A stretch of 64,000 bases of DNA from an uncultured Gammaproteobacteria bacterium (GTDB taxonomy: Bacteria > Patescibacteriota > Microgenomatia > JALYQM01), in assembly GCA_964525495.1 (NCBI GenBank), contig CAZGHS010000001.1, positions 102,263-166,262 on the forward strand, read 5' to 3'. This document shows positions 59,570 through 64,000 of the stretch, in pieces. The position numbers and the translations under genes were made by a program. Each line of letters opens with the position of its first letter. Positions within the stretch are counted from its first letter, which is position 1. The notes beneath the pieces are model-generated. The model was not told where the DNA came from. It was given only the letters and a program-made list of their open reading frames with translations, and made no database searches.

Positions 59570-59785
59570 ATGCAACCAAGCGAAGTACCCAAACAAAGCA
59601 CCCCAAACGATATAGCTACCTGTACTGTAGAAACATGCATTTTGACAAACCAAAGGGAGCCAGATAGACCACATTGCCTCTGGATTCAAGGGCAAATTGT
59701 CGCAGCAAACCCATCACCGGAGTATATTCAAATGATCAGGAAACAATATGCAAACTGTCCAAGATTACGAAAAACAATAAATTAA
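59570..59785 (+). CDS. Small Cys4 orphan (71 aa)
   Basis: AAGGA RBS; C-x4-C-x11-HC-x26-C. Confidence 0.55.
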   Translation: MQPSEVPKQSTPNDIATCTVETCILTNQREPDRPHCLWIQGQIVAANPSPEYIQMIRKQYANCPRLRKTIN

Positions 59786-59801
59786 AAAAAGGAAAACACA
59801 T

Positions 59802-61238
59802 ATGGCACAAACATTCGAAAAAAAAGGCGTCACCAAAAAGTCAGAAAACATCTCTGACTGGTATATCGACGTCATTACCAAATCTGGCATGGCCGACTAC
59901 TCACCTGTTAAGGGATGTATCGTCTACCGCCCGCTCTCCTACGCTATCTGGGAAAACATCCAGCACTTCATGAATGCAGGCATGAAAGCCATGGACGTCG
60001 AGAACTGTTACTTCCCTCTTTTTATTCCAGAATCGTTTCTAAAAAAAGAAGCAAGCCATGTCGAAGGCTTTGCTCCAGAACTCGCAGTAGTCACTATAGC
60101 AGGTGGCGAAGAGCTCGAAGAAAAATTAGTTGTCCGTCCAACATCCGAAACCATCATGTACACCATGTACAGCAAGTGGATCCAGTCTCACCGTGATCTC
60201 CCACTCAAACTCAACCAATGGAATAACGTCGTCCGATGGGAAAAGCGCACCTATCCATTCATCCGCGGAGCAGAGTTCCTCTGGCAAGAAGCACACACAG
60301 CGCATGCCACACATGAGGAATGCTGGCAGCAAGTGCTCGACGCTCTCGATCTCTATGCACGCACATACGAAGAACTCATGGCACTTCCAGTTATTAAGGG
60401 TCTCAAATCTCAATCTGAGAAATTTGCAGGCGCGGTCAACACCACAACCTGCGAAAACATCATGCCAGACGGTAAAGCTCTCCAGTCATGTACATCACAC
60501 GATCTCGGACAAAACTTTTCGAAAGCCTTTGATGTTATGTTCCAAGACAAAGAAGGTCAAAACCAATACGTCCACCAAACCAGCTTTGGCTATTCCACTC
60601 GCTCTCTCGGCGGACTCGTCATGGTTCATGGCGATGATCAGGGGCTCGTCCTCCCACCTCGCGTCGCACCAACTCAGGTAGTGATCATTCCAATCGGACA
60701 AGAAAACGAAGTATTAAAAGCTGCAGAAAATATCAAACTCGCACTCGAACAAAACTTTATCAGAGCTAAACTCGATGTTCGCTCAGAGTACTCACTCGGT
60801 TTCAAACGCAATGAACACGAACTCAAAGGGACACCTGTACGACTAGAAATTGGACAAAAAGAACTCGAGTCAGGGATGGTTTCAGTATCAATTCGCCACA
60901 ATTCTCAAAAGGAACAAACACCAATCGAATCAATTAGTACATACATGCCAAACCTACTGACCATTATTCACAACGATATGTTCGAAAAAGCTAAAAAAAT
61001 GCAGCATGATCTCACATCAGTTGCAGACACTTACGATCAATTCAAACAAATCATGGAAACCAAAAAGGGATTTATCTATGCTCACTGGTGCGAAAATGCA
61101 GAATGCGAAGCCAAAATCAAAGAAGAAACCAAGGCAAACACACGATGCTTACCCTTCGACCAAGTAGGAGAGAAAGGTTCATGCATCTATTGTGGCAAAC
61201 CATCAAACCACAAATGGCTCTTTGCACAAGCATATTAA
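59802..61238 (+). CDS. proS: Proline--tRNA ligase (eukaryote/archaeal-type)
   Basis: HVEGFAPE, RPTSET, VVRWE, FLWQE, HGDDQGL, C-terminal Cys Zn site and AY end. Confidence 0.97.
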   Translation: MAQTFEKKGVTKKSENISDWYIDVITKSGMADYSPVKGCIVYRPLSYAIWENIQHFMNAGMKAMDVENCYFPLFIPESFLKKEASHVEGFAPELAVVTIAGGEELEEKLVVRPTSETIMYTMYSKWIQSHRDLPLKLNQWNNVVRWEKRTYPFIRGAEFLWQEAHTAHATHEECWQQVLDALDLYARTYEELMALPVIKGLKSQSEKFAGAVNTTTCENIMPDGKALQSCTSHDLGQNFSKAFDVMFQDKEGQNQYVHQTSFGYSTRSLGGLVMVHGDDQGLVLPPRVAPTQVVIIPIGQENEVLKAAENIKLALEQNFIRAKLDVRSEYSLGFKRNEHELKGTPVRLEIGQKELESGMVSVSIRHNSQKEQTPIESISTYMPNLLTIIHNDMFEKAKKMQHDLTSVADTYDQFKQIMETKKGFIYAHWCENAECEAKIKEETKANTRCLPFDQVGEKGSCIYCGKPSNHKWLFAQAY

Positions 61239-61288
61239 ACAACTTGATTACTTAAGCATCTAAGGTGTACGCTAGAAGCAGGGAAATT

Positions 61289-61891
61289 ATGGACAAAACA
61301 CTTCTCAAACAATTAGCAGCTGAGTGTCTCGGCACATTCACACTCTCATTTGTTGTACTAGCATCAATCAACAATCCATCCTTCCCTATTCCGACACCAT
61401 TTCTTGCAGCACTCACTTTGGGAGTGTTTGTCGCAACAATAGGAAAAATATCTGGGTGCCATATTAATCCGGCAGTTACACTTGCACTATTATCAATCAA
61501 AGAGATAACTCCACATAAAGCACTGCGATACATCATTGCACAAATACTAGGTGCGGCACTCGCAAAAACAATATTAACAATGCTCATTCCCAATCTAGTA
61601 TCAGCAACGGCAACAACATCTGTCCAAGCCGCAGTATTTGAAACACTCGGTTCAATGATATTTATCTTTGGTATCGCATCTGTGGTATTCAAAAAAACAT
61701 CAGAAAATATAGCGCCACCAGTCATCGGTCTCTCTTTATTACTAGGTATCTCAACAGCTGCACTCGGATCAAACGCAATTCTCAACCCAGCAGTGGCACT
61801 CGCAATCGGCTCGACCAACCTAATTTACATAATTGCACCAGTTGTCGGTGGAATCATCGCGATGCATAAATATAAGTGGTTAGTAAAGTAA
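61289..61891 (+). CDS. Aquaporin / MIP channel
   Basis: SGCHINPAVT and LNPAVA NPA boxes. Confidence 0.9.
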   Translation: MDKTLLKQLAAECLGTFTLSFVVLASINNPSFPIPTPFLAALTLGVFVATIGKISGCHINPAVTLALLSIKEITPHKALRYIIAQILGAALAKTILTMLIPNLVSATATTSVQAAVFETLGSMIFIFGIASVVFKKTSENIAPPVIGLSLLLGISTAALGSNAILNPAVALAIGSTNLIYIIAPVVGGIIAMHKYKWLVK

Positions 61892-61892
61892 A

Positions 61893-63284
61893 CTAGGTCC
61901 TATTCTTCACATCGTAACTAAACTCACTTCTTCTCTCAGCCAAATCAATCGGATACTCTCCATTAAAACACCCCGTATACAGTTGATCCTTCGGCACGCC
62001 CACAGCTCTGACCATCTCATCAAAAGGTAAAAACGTTAAACTCGTCGCTCCAATCTTAACTCGCATCTCTTCTATCTCCATATGCGCAGCAGATAAGTCT
62101 TTCTGTGCAGGCAAATCTATTCCATAAAAATCTGGAAACAAGATCGGCGAAGAAGAGATCACCAGGTGCACCTCTTTCGCTCCAGCATCAAATATTCGCT
62201 TTACTATCCTCGGCGCCGTATTCAATCGCACAATCGAATCATCCACCAAAACCACTTTCAAATCCTTCACCGCTTCCGACACCACGTTATACTTCATATC
62301 TGCTGATCGATCACGTAAATACGTACTCGGCATGATAAACGTCCGATGAATATATCGATTCTTCACAATTCCCATCCGCAACGGTATCCCCTTTCTTTCG
62401 GCAAAACCCTCCGCCGCAGGCACCGCAGAATCTGGTACAGGCACCACCACATCAGCATCTACGTTCAAAATATCAGCCAAAGACTCACCTAAGCGTTTCC
62501 GCACAGAATAAACCCGTTCTCCCAGCAACATACTTTCCGGTCGTGCGAAATACACAAATTCAAACAAATCCAATTTCTGAGTTCCCTCAACTAATTGCTC
62601 ACTGCGCAAACCAGATTTATCTATCACTACCATCTCTCCTGGTTTTACATCCCGCAAAATCTTTGCCTGCACAGTATCAATCGCACACGTCTCTGACGAC
62701 ACCACGTAATGATCATTCCCATATACACCTACACTCAACGGTCGTATCCCATACCCATCCCGCACTGCAACCAAAGTATCTTTAGTCAAAACAAGCAAGG
62801 AAAACGCACCTGTGAATAATGGAAAAGAATTTCTGACTGCTTCATCAAGTGAAGCACCCTTATGCACATAAAAGCTAATCGCCTGATACATCAATTCAGA
62901 ATCATTCAATCCTTCTGTAGCCAAACCATGTTCCGCACAAAACTCCAACAAGAGTTCTATACTCGGCAAATTACCATTATGAGCAAGAGCAACATCTCTA
63001 TAAAACGAAACCGGCTGCAAATGCCCATCTCCACCAGATGTTCCGTACCTATTGTGTCCTATCGCAACATTACATCCAGCCAATCGCGCAAAATCCTCTT
63101 CCGAATACACATGGCTGACTAAGCCCTTACCTTTATGAGTCTGAATCTCTTTACCATCCGCGGCAGCAATCCCAGAAGACTCTTGTCCGCGGTGCTGTAA
63201 CCCAAACAAGCCAAAAAAAGTCTGACGGGCAGCGTCAGAACCATTAAACACACCAAATACTCCGCACTTTTCGTGAATATCCAT
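61893..63284 (-). CDS. purF: Amidophosphoribosyltransferase
   Basis: EKCGVFG, QHRGQES, HNGNL, YFARPES, VDDSIVR, YGID. Confidence 0.93.
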   Translation of the reverse strand: MDIHEKCGVFGVFNGSDAARQTFFGLFGLQHRGQESSGIAAADGKEIQTHKGKGLVSHVYSEEDFARLAGCNVAIGHNRYGTSGGDGHLQPVSFYRDVALAHNGNLPSIELLLEFCAEHGLATEGLNDSELMYQAISFYVHKGASLDEAVRNSFPLFTGAFSLLVLTKDTLVAVRDGYGIRPLSVGVYGNDHYVVSSETCAIDTVQAKILRDVKPGEMVVIDKSGLRSEQLVEGTQKLDLFEFVYFARPESMLLGERVYSVRKRLGESLADILNVDADVVVPVPDSAVPAAEGFAERKGIPLRMGIVKNRYIHRTFIMPSTYLRDRSADMKYNVVSEAVKDLKVVLVDDSIVRLNTAPRIVKRIFDAGAKEVHLVISSSPILFPDFYGIDLPAQKDLSAAHMEIEEMRVKIGATSLTFLPFDEMVRAVGVPKDQLYTGCFNGEYPIDLAERRSEFSYDVKNRT

Positions 63285-63383
63285 AACAAGCACCCTTACT
63301 GTAGGAGTATCCCGACCTAAATGCAATCGCGAAATCCATATACCCATTTCTTACCACAGACAATGTAATATAATTCACAAAGC

Positions 63384-63890
63384 ATGTTCAATTCAGACAA
63401 AAAAGAATCTCCTGTCCCACTCACAATTTCGCTCAAAAAGCTGGCAATCCTCTCGGTCACCAGTCTCGGATTCTACGACTTCTACTGGTTCTATAAACAG
63501 TGGAAAGCTCTTCAGCACATCAAAAAAAGCAACATTTCCCCCATCGGACGAGCCGTATTCTCAAAAGTATTCGCTTATTTGCTCTTCAAGGAATACTTTA
63601 AACTCGCAAAACAAGAAACACATCAAACCTATCCTTGGCCATCAGCGCTTGCTTTCGCATACATCATCCCTGGACTATTAAGCCAATATGGTCGCATATT
63701 CTGGATATTCACCTTCGCCAGCGCAATTCCTCTCATACCTGCCCAAAAAGCTATCAACGACTATGCCAAAGCGAAAAATCCAGCACTTCATGTCAGTGAT
63801 ACCTTTAGCTGGTACGAAAAGGGTATAATACTGACTGGAAGTATTCTTATCCTGCTCGCATTAGTAAAAATAGGACAAAGCCTTCTATGA
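63384..63890 (+). CDS. Membrane protein (DUF4234-like)
   Basis: LSVTSLGFYDFYWFYKQW motif; four TMs. Confidence 0.65.
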   Translation: MFNSDKKESPVPLTISLKKLAILSVTSLGFYDFYWFYKQWKALQHIKKSNISPIGRAVFSKVFAYLLFKEYFKLAKQETHQTYPWPSALAFAYIIPGLLSQYGRIFWIFTFASAIPLIPAQKAINDYAKAKNPALHVSDTFSWYEKGIILTGSILILLALVKIGQSLL

Positions 63891-64000
63891 AAAAAATTGC
63901 GATAGCTTTCTCACTCTTTCTGTTATTCTTGTCACCTTCTCAAGCATTCGCTGAACAGATAAATTCATACGATGTACAGATAAATATAAACTCTGACGGC
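63887..64000 (+). CDS. Partial secreted/membrane protein (DUF2207-like N-terminus)
   Basis: MKKIAIAFSLFLLFLSPSQAFA-EQINSYDVQININSDG; ATGA overlap; runs off the window. Confidence 0.65.
   Translation, partial: MKKIAIAFSLFLLFLSPSQAFAEQINSYDVQININSDG

Overview
Gene-dense bacterial chromosome segment, most consistent with a Patescibacteria/CPR genome (inference from patchy metabolism, many orphan ORFs, mostly leaderless genes and a C/A-rich plus strand). Housekeeping content: ADP-forming acetate-CoA ligase, ppa, ruvCAB, rpiB-rpe-LOG-lacD, M29/M3B/M20 peptidases, trhO, mnmA, galE, SOD, sufC/sufB, proS and purF. It also encodes a ~1970-aa surface protein (LamG split by 14 propeller-like repeats, then FN3-like domains) with a MacB-type ABC pair, and a signalling island (membrane GAF-GAF histidine kinase, NNMT-like and second methyltransferase, small 4-TM protein). 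No tRNA, rRNA, CRISPR array or transposase was seen. The most unusual signals are in RNA structure: (1) recurring cassettes of promoter, highly paired leader, strong G-rich RBS and small orphan ORF, three of which have a 3' trailer that pairs back to the leader; (2) a type III hammerhead ribozyme ending one cassette (15022-15082); (3) a T-box with an apparently miniaturised Stem I ahead of the proS run. All structures were paired by eye and no searches were run.
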